In this document: positions 1 through 9,098 of the stretch, piece after piece
How the letters are laid out: each line of letters begins with the position of its first letter
How positions within the stretch are numbered: position 1 is the first letter of the stretch
Assembly (NCBI GenBank): GCA_963708025.1
Contig: CAVPSB010000031.1
Location: forward strand, 224,001-288,000
Origin: an uncultured Candidatus Rokubacteria bacterium
Lineage (GTDB): Bacteria; Methylomirabilota; Methylomirabilia; Rokubacteriales; DASRDR01
Reading direction: 5' to 3'
DNA length: 64,000 nt
The notes under the pieces: generated by a model
What the model was told of the DNA's origin: nothing
Databases searched by the model: none
The model's input: only the letters and a program-made list of their open reading frames with translations
Program-made: the position numbers and the translations under genes

Positions 1-567
1 GCCCGCCCGGCGCTGCGGGTGGTCCTGCTCACCACGTTCGTCAGCTCCCTGGCGGCGGCGGCCCTGCTGACGATCGAGGTGGTCTACGTGAAGGACGTGC
101 TCCGTGGCGGCGACCGGGGCTACGGCGTCCTGCTCTCGGTGTGCGGCCTCGGGGCCGTGGTGGCCTCGGCGGCCGCCGGGCCGCTGGGCCGGCGGGTCGG
201 CCTGGCGGGCCCCTACGTCGTCAGCGCGGTGCTGGCCGGTCTCCTGTTCTTTCCCTACGCCAACGTGCCGGTCCTCTGGTTCGTCGTGGTGACGTCCGGG
301 CTCCAGACCGTCCCCTGGGTCCTCGGCTCGATCCTGGTCGACACGATGGTGCAGCAGTGGGTCGCGCCGGACGTGCGGGGCCGGGTCTTCAGCCTCCTCC
401 ACGTCCAGCGGAGCGCCGGCGCGGTCCTCGTCGCCGCGGCCCTGGCCCCGCTCGTCGATCGCTGGGGGCCGGTGGCGGTGCTGAACCTGTCGGGCGGCGT
501 CTACACGCTGGCCGGCCTCTACGCGCTGGCCCGCCTGCGCGTGCTGGTCGGTTCGGATCGGGACTAG
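1..567 (+). CDS. MFS transporter, C-terminal part (5' end outside window)
   Basis: Multiple hydrophobic helices and MFS-like motifs (GPLGRRVG, DVRGRVFS); the frame is open from the window start. Confidence 0.8.
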   Translation, partial: ARPALRVVLLTTFVSSLAAAALLTIEVVYVKDVLRGGDRGYGVLLSVCGLGAVVASAAAGPLGRRVGLAGPYVVSAVLAGLLFFPYANVPVLWFVVVTSGLQTVPWVLGSILVDTMVQQWVAPDVRGRVFSLLHVQRSAGAVLVAAALAPLVDRWGPVAVLNLSGGVYTLAGLYALARLRVLVGSDRD

Positions 568-1100
568 CGAGGCAGGGCGGCGAGGAGGGCGGTGGGGTCG
601 GCGTTGTCGCCGAAGGTCCGGCTCAGGTGGGCGAAGCGGTCGACGTTGCCGGGGCCGAAGACGAAGCTGCCCCCGAGCTGGAACGGGTTGTGTCCCGTCC
701 GGTACTGCCGGTGGCCCGCCGCCTTCGCGCGGGCCCGGGCGGCGGCGTTGCCGAGGCGGAGGAGGTGCAAGATCGACGCGCGGTGGAGGCCGGCGGCGCG
801 GTAGGCTTCCCGCTGCTCGTCGAGCAGGAGCGGAAAGCGGATGCCGGTCTCGTCGCGGAACGCCCGCGCGTACTCGCGGTCCCCGAGCCCGATGGCGGCC
901 AGATTGACGCCGGCCTTCTGGAATTCCCGTTCGTGCGCGCGCAACTGCGCCACGTGCTGGCGGCAGAAGATTCAGCCGTAGTGGCGAAGGAAGACCAGGA
1001 CCGCCACGTTCTCCGCCCACAGGAAGCCCAGCCGGACCTTCCGGCCCTCGGGGTCCGGCAGGGTGATCGGGGCCAGCCGCTGGGCGAGGGTCAGCGCCAC
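564..1100 (-). CDS. Peroxiredoxin-like AhpC/TSA (PRXL2/SelU-like) redox protein, probable selenoprotein (UxxC)
   Basis: GTG start at 1100 with GGAGG 7 nt upstream. Reads ...VLVFLRHYG-TGA(972-974)-IFCRQHVAQL... and continues in frame to ...FQLGGSFVFGP... The TGA occupies the first Cys position of the family CxxC motif. 178 aa. Confidence 0.85.
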
Positions 1101-3121
1101 GCGGCCACCTCCACCCGGGTGTCGTTGAAGCAGGCCCCACCGGAGAGGTCGGCGTGGTGGCCGGGGACCAGGGCCGAGACGGTCTGCCCGTTGTCGCTGG
1201 TCCGGAGCCAGGTGCCCTTCCACGTGGCGACGACACCGGCGGGGACGACGTCGGTCACCCGGAGGGGCAGGTGGACCTCGCCGAGGTCGTTCCAGACCTT
1301 CACGGTGGTCCCGTCGGCGAGCCCGCGGGCCCGGGCGTCCTCCGGGTGCATCTCCAGGGGCGGCGGCCCGCCGCTCGACCGGGAGGCCCCGAACGTCGAG
1401 GTGATGCGCCGGTCCGAGGCGGGCGAGATCAGGAGCAGCGGGAAGGGGGACTCGTACGGCCGGTAGCCGGGCAGCGGCTGGCCGAACTTGTCGCCCAGGT
1501 AGCCCGAGAGCAGCTCGACCTTCCCCGACGGCGTCTTGGGGAAGACGTTGCGGAAGAGCACGGCGTCCTCGCCGTCGACCGTCATGGCGAGAGCCCGGTC
1601 GGTCGGCAGCTGGCTCGGCCGCACGCCACCGAGCCGTGGGTCGGCGGGATCGAGCGCCTCGTCCATCAGCTGGGCGTCGCTGGCCCGGAAGGCCGGGTCG
1701 TCGAAGCCGAAGCGGGCGGCGAGCCGCCGGAAGATCTCGGTGTTGGGGAGCGACTCGCCGACCCGCGCGATGACGGGCTCGGCCCGCTGGAGCCAGTGCT
1801 GGCCGTAGGCGGGGTAGATGTCGTCGAACTCGAAGTGGCTGGAGGCCGGCAGCACCACGTCGGCGTACGCCAGGCTGTCCGTCATCACCACGTCGATGCC
1901 CACCGTGAACAGGTCGTCCCGCTCCAGCCCGCGCCGCATCCGGTTCTGGTCGGGGTGGACGATGAGCGGGTTGTGGTTGTAGACGAAGACCGCCTTGATC
2001 GGCGGCGCCAGCGTCGGGTCGGTGAGGTGGGCGCCGACGTCCACGATGTTCAAGGTCCGCGTGCCCGGGGGGCAGAGGTCCGGCCGCTGGAGCCGCTGCG
2101 GGGTCTTGGGGAAGGCGTAGCCGGCGCCGTTGACCAGGCCGCCGCCCGGCACGCCGAGCTTCCCGGCCAGCGCGGCCAGGGCAAAGATGGCGCGGATGCC
2201 GCTGCCGCCGTTCTGGTTGCGCTCCAGACCGTTCCCCACGCTGATCGCAGCCGGCGAGAGGTTCTGGTACCACTCGACGAGCTGGCGGATCTGGTCCTCC
2301 GGCAGATTGCAAACGCGGGCGGCCCCGGCCACCGTCACCTGGCGCGCCCGCGCCATGTACTCCTCGAAGCCGTGGACGTGGCGCTCGATGAACGCCCGGT
2401 CGAGCCCGCCCCGCCGCTCCAGCTCGGCCGTCACCGCCCAGGCCAGGATCACGTCGGTGCCCGGGCGGAGCGCCAGGTGCAGGTCGGCCTGCTCGGCGAT
2501 CTTGATGCGGCGGGGGTCGACCACGACCAGCTTGCCGCCGGCGCGGCGGGCCTCGTTGATGACCGGGGTGAAGTGCAGGTTGCAGTAGGTGACGTTGTTG
2601 CCCCACGCGACGATGAGCCGGGCCTGCGCCGCCTGCTCGGGCCGGATGCCGGGGACCGGGCCGAACGTCCCCAGCCAGGCCTCGGTGCGGATGCCCCCGC
2701 AGAGCGGCTTCCGGTCCAGGAGCGACGCGCCCAGGCGGTGGAAGAAGCGCAGGTCCATGGAGGCGTACGCCAGCATCCCGTGCGGGCCCGCGTAGTTGAG
2801 CGGGAGGACGGCCTCCGGCCCGTGGGTCCGGACGACCGCGCCGACCCGCTCGTGGATCAGGTCCAGCGCCGCGTCCCAGGCGATCCGCTCGAACCGCCCC
2901 TCGCCCTTCCGCCCGACGCGACGGAGCGGCGTGAGGAGCCGCCCCTCCCCGTGGACGAACTCGGGGTGATCACGGGCCACCTTGGTGCAGATCACGCCGG
3001 CCGTGTAGGGGTTGGCCCGGGACCCGCGGATCTGGACGATCCGCTCGTCCTCGACCGTGACGGTGAGGCTGCAGGTGTCGGGGCAGTCCAGGGGACAGAC
3101 GCTGGCTCGCTCGCTGCGCAT
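1091..3121 (-). CDS. Molybdopterin-dependent oxidoreductase (DMSO reductase superfamily)
   Basis: N-terminal CPLDCPDTC...C Fe-S motif, WGNN, VVVDPR, PGTD, ADVVLPA motifs, and a C-terminal molybdopterin-binding domain (MHPEDA). Confidence 0.9.
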   Translation of the reverse strand: MRSERASVCPLDCPDTCSLTVTVEDERIVQIRGSRANPYTAGVICTKVARDHPEFVHGEGRLLTPLRRVGRKGEGRFERIAWDAALDLIHERVGAVVRTHGPEAVLPLNYAGPHGMLAYASMDLRFFHRLGASLLDRKPLCGGIRTEAWLGTFGPVPGIRPEQAAQARLIVAWGNNVTYCNLHFTPVINEARRAGGKLVVVDPRRIKIAEQADLHLALRPGTDVILAWAVTAELERRGGLDRAFIERHVHGFEEYMARARQVTVAGAARVCNLPEDQIRQLVEWYQNLSPAAISVGNGLERNQNGGSGIRAIFALAALAGKLGVPGGGLVNGAGYAFPKTPQRLQRPDLCPPGTRTLNIVDVGAHLTDPTLAPPIKAVFVYNHNPLIVHPDQNRMRRGLERDDLFTVGIDVVMTDSLAYADVVLPASSHFEFDDIYPAYGQHWLQRAEPVIARVGESLPNTEIFRRLAARFGFDDPAFRASDAQLMDEALDPADPRLGGVRPSQLPTDRALAMTVDGEDAVLFRNVFPKTPSGKVELLSGYLGDKFGQPLPGYRPYESPFPLLLISPASDRRITSTFGASRSSGGPPPLEMHPEDARARGLADGTTVKVWNDLGEVHLPLRVTDVVPAGVVATWKGTWLRTSDNGQTVSALVPGHHADLSGGACFNDTRVEVAAWR

Positions 3122-3142
3122 CGTTGGCTCCCGTGCCCGGTC

Positions 3143-3171
3143 ATGCTAAGCCGAGCCGGCCAGTCGCGCAA
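3143..3171 (-). promoter_or_regulatory. Putative sigma70-type promoter for the oxidoreductase-selenoprotein pair
   Basis: Minus strand TTGCGC-N17-TAGCAT, about 20 nt upstream of the ATG at 3121. Confidence 0.45.
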
Positions 3172-3431
3172 GCGCGGGATTGCCGGCCCGGCGGTTGATC
3201 GCGGCCCCTCCGGGAGTATAAGGAGATTGCTCGCCGAGGGAGGCGGCCTCACCAACCTCGACTTCCGGGCCGGCGCCGGTGAGCTATCCTTCCCGGAGGC
3301 GGGCGACGACCCGATCGCCCGACTCGGCCAGCGGAAAGCCCCCGCGGCGATCCACGGCACCATGGACGATTTCTACCCGGAGACGGTTCGGGTCCTGAAG
3401 CCCTCACCGCGGAGCTGACCGGGCCGGCCCG

Positions 3432-5843
3432 TCAGCGGCCGAGCGCGAGCCCGGCGGCCACCGCTTCCCGCGCCGTGGCGCGGGGCGCCGGCCCGGGGGC
3501 GCTGAGGTCGATGGTCACGCGCAACGCCCGCAGCCCCTGGACTCCCTGCAGCTCTTCCAGCTCCAGCTCCTCGGGCTCCCCCGTCAGGTAGCCGATCGCC
3601 TTCAGGTACTCGAGATACTCGCGGTACTCCACCGCCTCGGACCGCTGGGAGTACACGATGGCGATCTTCCCCGGCTGGGTGACCCGCTCGGTCGTGCCCC
3701 GGATCACCGCCTTGTCGATCCGCTTCTTGATGACCTCGTAGCGGACGTTGTAGGCGCCGTCCACGTCGAACCGCTTCTCGTCGAAGCGGAAGCGGATGGC
3801 CAGGGGGACGTGCTGGACGAGGATCAGGTGGGCGGTCTCCAGGGGCACCGGCAGACGGCCCCGCAGGGCGTCGGTCCGCCGCGCGACCCCGCAGGTGACC
3901 ATGAGCTGCCAGAGGCGGAGGTTCCGCAGGTACAGCTCGTCGAACACGCCGTCTTCCACGAGCGAAGCGCCGGCGTAGATCCCGTAGTCGACGCCGTCGG
4001 TCTGCTGCTTCTCGTAGTAGTGGGGGAACATCGCCTGCGCCATCTCCTGCTCGGCGTCGAGGTAGCCGGAGATGGTGTCGTTGATCAGGGTGACGCTCTC
4101 CTCGTACTCCTTCCGGCGCCGGTACACGGTGCCGAGTCGCGGGTCGAGGGCCGCCCGGTAATCCTCGACCCGCTCGCGCACGGCGGGAGCGAACCCGGCC
4201 AGGTGGTCGAAGCGAGGCTCGACCTGCTGCCGCAGGAAGCCCACGGTCCGGAGGTCGTCGCCCGTGCTCGGGTTCGTCTCGACCCGCGCGATGTACCGGT
4301 CGATCCGGTAGCCGAGCTCGTCGAGGGCCGGCAGGGGCTTGGCCTCCCGCGCCGCCCGCACGATCTGCCGGGCCAAGTCGAGGTGGGTGAGGAGGTCGGC
4401 CTGGACGGCCAGGTTCCGCTCGGTCGAGGAGCCGCGGATGTCGGAGACCGCGTACAGGGGGTACACGTCCCGGAAGACGATCGGCTCCATCTCCACGGCG
4501 CCGCTCTCGGCCCGCCGCTCCATCGTCTGGAGGGCAGCCTGGCGGAAACGCCACTCCACCGAGGGATGGATCGCCGTGCACTTCTCCTTGATGATCGTCT
4601 GGATCCGGTGCTCCAGCTCCTCCAGGCTCCGCTTGACGGCCATGGAGAAGAGCGGCAAGACCTCCCGGAGCTTCAGGGCGCTCATGGGCGTCAGGTCGCC
4701 GGGGCTGGGCGAGCCCAGCTCGAGGGTGCCGATCAGCTGGTCCTGGTAGTGAAGGGGGGCCACGATCATGCTGCGCACGCCCCGCTCCAGGATGGCGTCC
4801 TCGATGCAGGTCCGGTCGGGGTACGCGGCCAGGTCCGGAATGATGAGCGGCTGACCCTGGCGGCAGGCCCGGTCGTACACCGATCCGGCGAATTCCTTCA
4901 GGGTGTGGTGGGCGGAGTCGGCGAACAGGCAGCGGTGCTCGAACTGGTGCCCGTAGTTGAGCACGAACACCTGTTCTCCCTGGATGGCGGCCAGGCCGAG
5001 CCGCAGGTCGCAGCGGCGGAGGAACGCGCACAGCTTGTCCTGGAGGTGCTGGAAGCGGGCGTTCGAGACGATCGACTCCCGCTCGATCAGGTCTCGCTTG
5101 AGGGCGGAGAGGATCTCCTGGTCGGTGACGTCCACGGCCTTGAGGACCCCGAACCCCCGGAAGACGAACGACCCGGGCGGGATCAGCTCGAGCAGGAGGT
5201 CCGGGTCGCCGAGGTTCGCGAGGAGCCGCCGGCGATCGGCGTCGCCGAGAGGGGGCGCCCCCCCGATCGCCTCGACCTCGAGGAAGCGGGGATCGTGCTG
5301 GAGGCTGAAGTGGCGCTCGAGTCCGGAATCGGGATCGGTGGTCGTGACGATGATCGGGTAGTCGAGGGTCAGCTCGATGTCGTAGTACTTGCGGAGGATG
5401 AGGCCGTAGGCCTTCAGGAGCTTGCCGGCGGCCATGGTGTGCGAGTCGAGGTTGAGCCGCCCCCGCAAGCCGCCCCCGTCGGCCATCAGCAGGCGCTCGA
5501 ACGTCGGCGAGGCGTAGACGTATTGCATCGCGAAGGGGACCATCGCCGCCGCCACGTCCCGCTCCCACGACGCCGCTGGAAAGACCTTGGCCATCAGGAC
5601 CTCGACCAGCTCCCGGTGCCGGGCGATGCTCGCCAGGTCGTGGATCGGCTCGAGCAGCTCGGGCGCCTTCCGCAGCGCCTCCTGGACGGCCCCGAGGAGG
5701 GCCGCCTTGACCCCCGGCTCACCGGGTCCGGTCTCGTGCCAGGCGGCGATCAGCGGCGCGAGGCTCAGCTCTCGCCGGAAGGGGAATCCCGTCGGGTCCA
5801 GGTTGACCGGGAAGCGGGTCTCGACGGTCGCGGTCCGGTTCAT
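3432..5843 (-). CDS. Large GAF-domain-containing protein
   Basis: 803-aa ORF with host-like codon usage and a central GAF signature (GVRSMIVAPLHYQDQLIGTLEL); TACAAT -10 box at 5884-5889 on the minus strand. Confidence 0.75.
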   Translation of the reverse strand: MNRTATVETRFPVNLDPTGFPFRRELSLAPLIAAWHETGPGEPGVKAALLGAVQEALRKAPELLEPIHDLASIARHRELVEVLMAKVFPAASWERDVAAAMVPFAMQYVYASPTFERLLMADGGGLRGRLNLDSHTMAAGKLLKAYGLILRKYYDIELTLDYPIIVTTTDPDSGLERHFSLQHDPRFLEVEAIGGAPPLGDADRRRLLANLGDPDLLLELIPPGSFVFRGFGVLKAVDVTDQEILSALKRDLIERESIVSNARFQHLQDKLCAFLRRCDLRLGLAAIQGEQVFVLNYGHQFEHRCLFADSAHHTLKEFAGSVYDRACRQGQPLIIPDLAAYPDRTCIEDAILERGVRSMIVAPLHYQDQLIGTLELGSPSPGDLTPMSALKLREVLPLFSMAVKRSLEELEHRIQTIIKEKCTAIHPSVEWRFRQAALQTMERRAESGAVEMEPIVFRDVYPLYAVSDIRGSSTERNLAVQADLLTHLDLARQIVRAAREAKPLPALDELGYRIDRYIARVETNPSTGDDLRTVGFLRQQVEPRFDHLAGFAPAVRERVEDYRAALDPRLGTVYRRRKEYEESVTLINDTISGYLDAEQEMAQAMFPHYYEKQQTDGVDYGIYAGASLVEDGVFDELYLRNLRLWQLMVTCGVARRTDALRGRLPVPLETAHLILVQHVPLAIRFRFDEKRFDVDGAYNVRYEVIKKRIDKAVIRGTTERVTQPGKIAIVYSQRSEAVEYREYLEYLKAIGYLTGEPEELELEELQGVQGLRALRVTIDLSAPGPAPRATAREAVAAGLALGR

Positions 5844-6014
5844 GTCTCACCTCGGTCCGGCCAGCCTGGGGCCGGTACGCTCGATTGTACCCCCCGGGGC
5901 CGCGCGGGCGCCCGGAAACGGTCGGCGGTATGATGACGGCGTCGTGCCGGGGGATTCGGTGACGGGGGCCGACCCCTGGGGAGCTGCCCTGGACACGCGG
6001 CCAAGAGTTTGGGA

Positions 6015-6644
6015 ATGAAGCAGTGTTTTACTCAGGAGGCGTCGGCGCGTAAGGCCGAGCTGCGGCGGCTCGTCCTGGAGCGGCGCGAGGCGCTCGGGCC
6101 CGCGCGGCGGGCCGAGCTGAGCGCCCGGATCTTCGCGACGGTTCTCGCGCTGAATGCGTTCCGGGCCGCGCGGACGGTGCTGGCCTACCATTCGTTCGGC
6201 AGCGAGCCGGTGACGGCCTCGTTCCTTCGGGAGGTGCTCGGTCGGGGCCAGACGCTGGCGCTGCCGCGGGTGAATCGGCAGGCCCGGGCGCTGGATCTCC
6301 ACCAGGTGAGCGAGCCTGACCGCGATCTGGTGCCGGGCGTGTGGGGGATCCACGAGCCCGATCCGGCCCGGTGCCCGCCACTGGCGGTCGAGGCGCTGGA
6401 CTTCGTGCTCGTTCCGGGGGTGGCCTTCGACGCCAACGGCGGACGGATCGGCTACGGCGCCGGGTACTACGATCGACTGCTCCGCTGCTGTCCGGCCGGC
6501 GCGGCGCTGGTGGCCGCCGCGTTCGAGGCTCAGCTGGTGGACGCGGTCCCCTTGGAAGCGCACGATCGCCGGGTCGACCAGGTCGTCACCGAGCAGCGCA
6601 TCTATCCGGATGAGCCTCGCGCGAGGCAAGGAGCGGACGTGTGA
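6015..6644 (+). CDS. 5-formyltetrahydrofolate cyclo-ligase
   Basis: KAELRR N-terminus, VLVPGVAFD...RIGYGAGYYDR motif, HD..VD.VVTE C-terminus. Confidence 0.92.
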   Translation: MKQCFTQEASARKAELRRLVLERREALGPARRAELSARIFATVLALNAFRAARTVLAYHSFGSEPVTASFLREVLGRGQTLALPRVNRQARALDLHQVSEPDRDLVPGVWGIHEPDPARCPPLAVEALDFVLVPGVAFDANGGRIGYGAGYYDRLLRCCPAGAALVAAAFEAQLVDAVPLEAHDRRVDQVVTEQRIYPDEPRARQGADV

Positions 6645-7207
6645 GCACCCCGATCAAGATTCTCGGCATTGCCGGCAGTCTGCGGCGCGCCTCCTACAAT
6701 CGGGCGGCCCTCCGGGAAGCCCAGCAGCTCGTCCCGGGTGACGCGAGCCTCGAGACGTTCGAGCTGGACGGGATCCCCGGCTTCAACGAGGACGAGGAGC
6801 GCAACCCGCCCGCCAGGGTGGTCGACCTGAAGGCCCGGGTGCGGGCGGCCGACGCCGTCCTCTTCGTGACCCCGGAGTACAACTACTCCATTCCCGGGGT
6901 GCTCAAGAACGCCATCGACTGGGGATCCCGGCCCTACGGGGACAGCGCCTGGACCGGCAAGCCGGTGGCCGTGATGGGCGCCTCCGTCGGCGTGTTCGGC
7001 ACGGCTCGTGCCCAGTATCATCTGCGCCAGTCGTTCGTCTTCCTCAACATGTACCCCCTCAACCAGCCCGAGGTGATGATCGCGAATGCCGCGCAGAAGT
7101 TCGATACCGACGGGAAGCTGACCGACGAGAAGGCCAGGGAGCTGATCGGCCGGCTCCTCCAGAACCTGGTAGCCTGGGCGCGAACGCTCCAGGCGGCCTC
7201 GGCCTGA
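6641..7207 (+). CDS. NADPH-dependent FMN reductase (ChrR/YieF-like)
   Basis: GSLRRASYN and TPEYNYSIPGVLKNAIDW motifs. Confidence 0.92.
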   Translation: MSTPIKILGIAGSLRRASYNRAALREAQQLVPGDASLETFELDGIPGFNEDEERNPPARVVDLKARVRAADAVLFVTPEYNYSIPGVLKNAIDWGSRPYGDSAWTGKPVAVMGASVGVFGTARAQYHLRQSFVFLNMYPLNQPEVMIANAAQKFDTDGKLTDEKARELIGRLLQNLVAWARTLQAASA

Positions 7208-7214
7208 GCCCGCC

Positions 7215-8189
7215 ATGGAATCCGCGTCGCTCGGACGCTCGGGGCTGCGGGTCTCCCGCCTGTGCCTGGGGACGATGCTCTTCGGCACCCAGTGCGACGA
7301 GGCCGCCTCGGTCGCCGTGCTGGACGAGGCCGCCACCCTCGGCATCGACTTCCTGGACACCGCCGACGTCTACCCGGTGCCGGCCACCCCCGAGACGTGG
7401 GGACGGAGCGAGGAGATCGTCGGCCGCTGGCTTCGCGGCCGGCGCGAGCGCTTCGTGGTCGCGACCAAGTGCGGCGGCCGGGTCGGCCCCGGCGCCAACG
7501 ACGCCGGCGGGAACCGTCGCCACGTCATCGCGGCGTGCGAGGCGAGCCTGCGCCGCCTCCAGACCGACCGCATCGACCTCTTCTACCTCCACCACGCCAA
7601 TCTCGACGCCCCGATCGAGGAGACCTTCGAGGCGCTCGACCGCCTCGTCCGGGACGGGAAGGTGCTCTACCTCGGGGTCTCGAACTTCGAGGCCTGGCAG
7701 TGTGCCCTCGCCATGGCGGCCATCGCCGAGCATGGGTGGCACCGGATCACGGCGCATCAGCCTCGCTACAACCTGCTGCACCGGCCTGCGGAGCGGGACC
7801 TCCTGCCGCTCGCTGGGGCGGCGGGCATCGGCGTCCTGCCCTACAACCCGCTCGGCGGGGGGTTTCTGACCGGCCGGTACCGGCGCGATGCGCCGCCCCC
7901 CGCGGACTCGCGCTTCGGCCGGGGCGACTGGGGGCGGATCTACCAGGGCCGGTACTGGTCAGATCGGATGTTCGACGTGGTCGAGACCGTGGTGGACGTC
8001 GCGAAGGCGGAGGGCCTGACGCCGGCGCAGGTCGCGCTGGCGTGGCTGCTCGATCGGGACGCGGTGACGTCGGCCATCGTCGGCGCCAGTCGTCCCGAGC
8101 AGCTTCGTGACTGCGCGGCCGTCGTGGGCCGCCGGCTGTCCGGCCCGGCGGTGGAGCGACTCGACGAGGCCTCGCGCGCCTTCGTCTGA
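7215..8189 (+). CDS. Aldo/keto reductase
   Basis: LCLGTM, DTADVY, ATK, SLRRLQTDRIDL and GVSNF motifs. Confidence 0.92.
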   Translation: MESASLGRSGLRVSRLCLGTMLFGTQCDEAASVAVLDEAATLGIDFLDTADVYPVPATPETWGRSEEIVGRWLRGRRERFVVATKCGGRVGPGANDAGGNRRHVIAACEASLRRLQTDRIDLFYLHHANLDAPIEETFEALDRLVRDGKVLYLGVSNFEAWQCALAMAAIAEHGWHRITAHQPRYNLLHRPAERDLLPLAGAAGIGVLPYNPLGGGFLTGRYRRDAPPPADSRFGRGDWGRIYQGRYWSDRMFDVVETVVDVAKAEGLTPAQVALAWLLDRDAVTSAIVGASRPEQLRDCAAVVGRRLSGPAVERLDEASRAFV

Positions 8190-8211
8190 GAACCCACGGA
8201 GCATGGGGAGC

Positions 8212-8275
8212 CTCCGGCTCCCCCCTCCCCCCGGTGGGTGGGGGAGGGGGGCTGGGGGGGTAGGAGGGAGGTTCC
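8212..8275. repeat. REP-like C-rich/G-rich palindrome (family A)
   Basis: CCCCCCTCCCCC...GGGGGAGGGGGG followed by GGGGGGGTAGGAGGGAGGTTCC; related copies at about 12602, 33018, 41535 and 57545. Confidence 0.7.
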
Positions 8276-8281
8276 AAGAAA

Positions 8282-9094
8282 ATGCAGATCGATCTGCGGG
8301 GCAAGGTCGCGATCGTCACCGGGGCGGGCCGGGGCATCGGCCGCGAGATCGCCACGACGCTGGCCGCCGAGGGGGTGACGACCGTAGTTACCGACGTCGG
8401 CCAGGAGTCGCTGGACGCGCTGGCCGGTGAGTTCAAAGCCGCGGGCTGGGTCGGCCGGACGTACCGCTGCGACGTGCGGGACGCGACGCGGATCGCCGAG
8501 GTGGTGGCCGACGTGACCGCGGCGTACGGACGGATCGACATCCTGGTGAACAACGCCGGGGTGGCGCCCGGCGGCCCCGTCGCCGAGCTGTCGGAGGAGA
8601 CCTGGGACCTCAACCTGGACGTGAACCTCAAGGGGACCTTCCTCATGTGCCGCGCGGTGGCACCGGTCATGAAGCGGCAGCGATGGGGTCGCATCCTGAA
8701 CGCCGCCTCGTTCGCGGCGATCGTGCCGATCGCCGGGAGCGCCGCCTACGCGGCGTCGAAGGCCGGCGTCCACTACTTCACCCGGGTGCTGGCCGGGGAG
8801 CTGGGCCCCTGGAACGTGACCGTCAACTGCTACGCGCCCGGCATGATCCCGACGGCCATGAACCGCTTCGCCGACGCGGCGCCGGCCCACCAGCAGCGCC
8901 TCCTCGACACGCTGACCCTCCGGCGCTGGGGCCACGCCCGGGACGTGGCGCACGTCCTCTGCTTCCTGGCCTCCGACCTGGCCGGCTACGTCACCGGCAC
9001 GATGATCGACCTGAGCGGCGGCAAGCTGGCGACCCAGATCCCGCGCCTGCCCTACGAGGCGGCGGCCGCGGCCGGGGAGTACGAGCTCGAGTGA
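8282..9094 (+). CDS. Short-chain dehydrogenase/reductase (SDR)
   Basis: TGAGRGIG, NNAG and YAASK motifs. Confidence 0.92.
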   Translation: MQIDLRGKVAIVTGAGRGIGREIATTLAAEGVTTVVTDVGQESLDALAGEFKAAGWVGRTYRCDVRDATRIAEVVADVTAAYGRIDILVNNAGVAPGGPVAELSEETWDLNLDVNLKGTFLMCRAVAPVMKRQRWGRILNAASFAAIVPIAGSAAYAASKAGVHYFTRVLAGELGPWNVTVNCYAPGMIPTAMNRFADAAPAHQQRLLDTLTLRRWGHARDVAHVLCFLASDLAGYVTGTMIDLSGGKLATQIPRLPYEAAAAAGEYELE

Positions 9095-9098
9095 CGCC

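Noticed and set aside
5844-6014. 6S RNA (ssrS) upstream of the 5-formyl-THF cyclo-ligase gene
   Set aside because: Only about 75 nt lie between the -10 box and the ATG, too short for a ~180-nt 6S hairpin.
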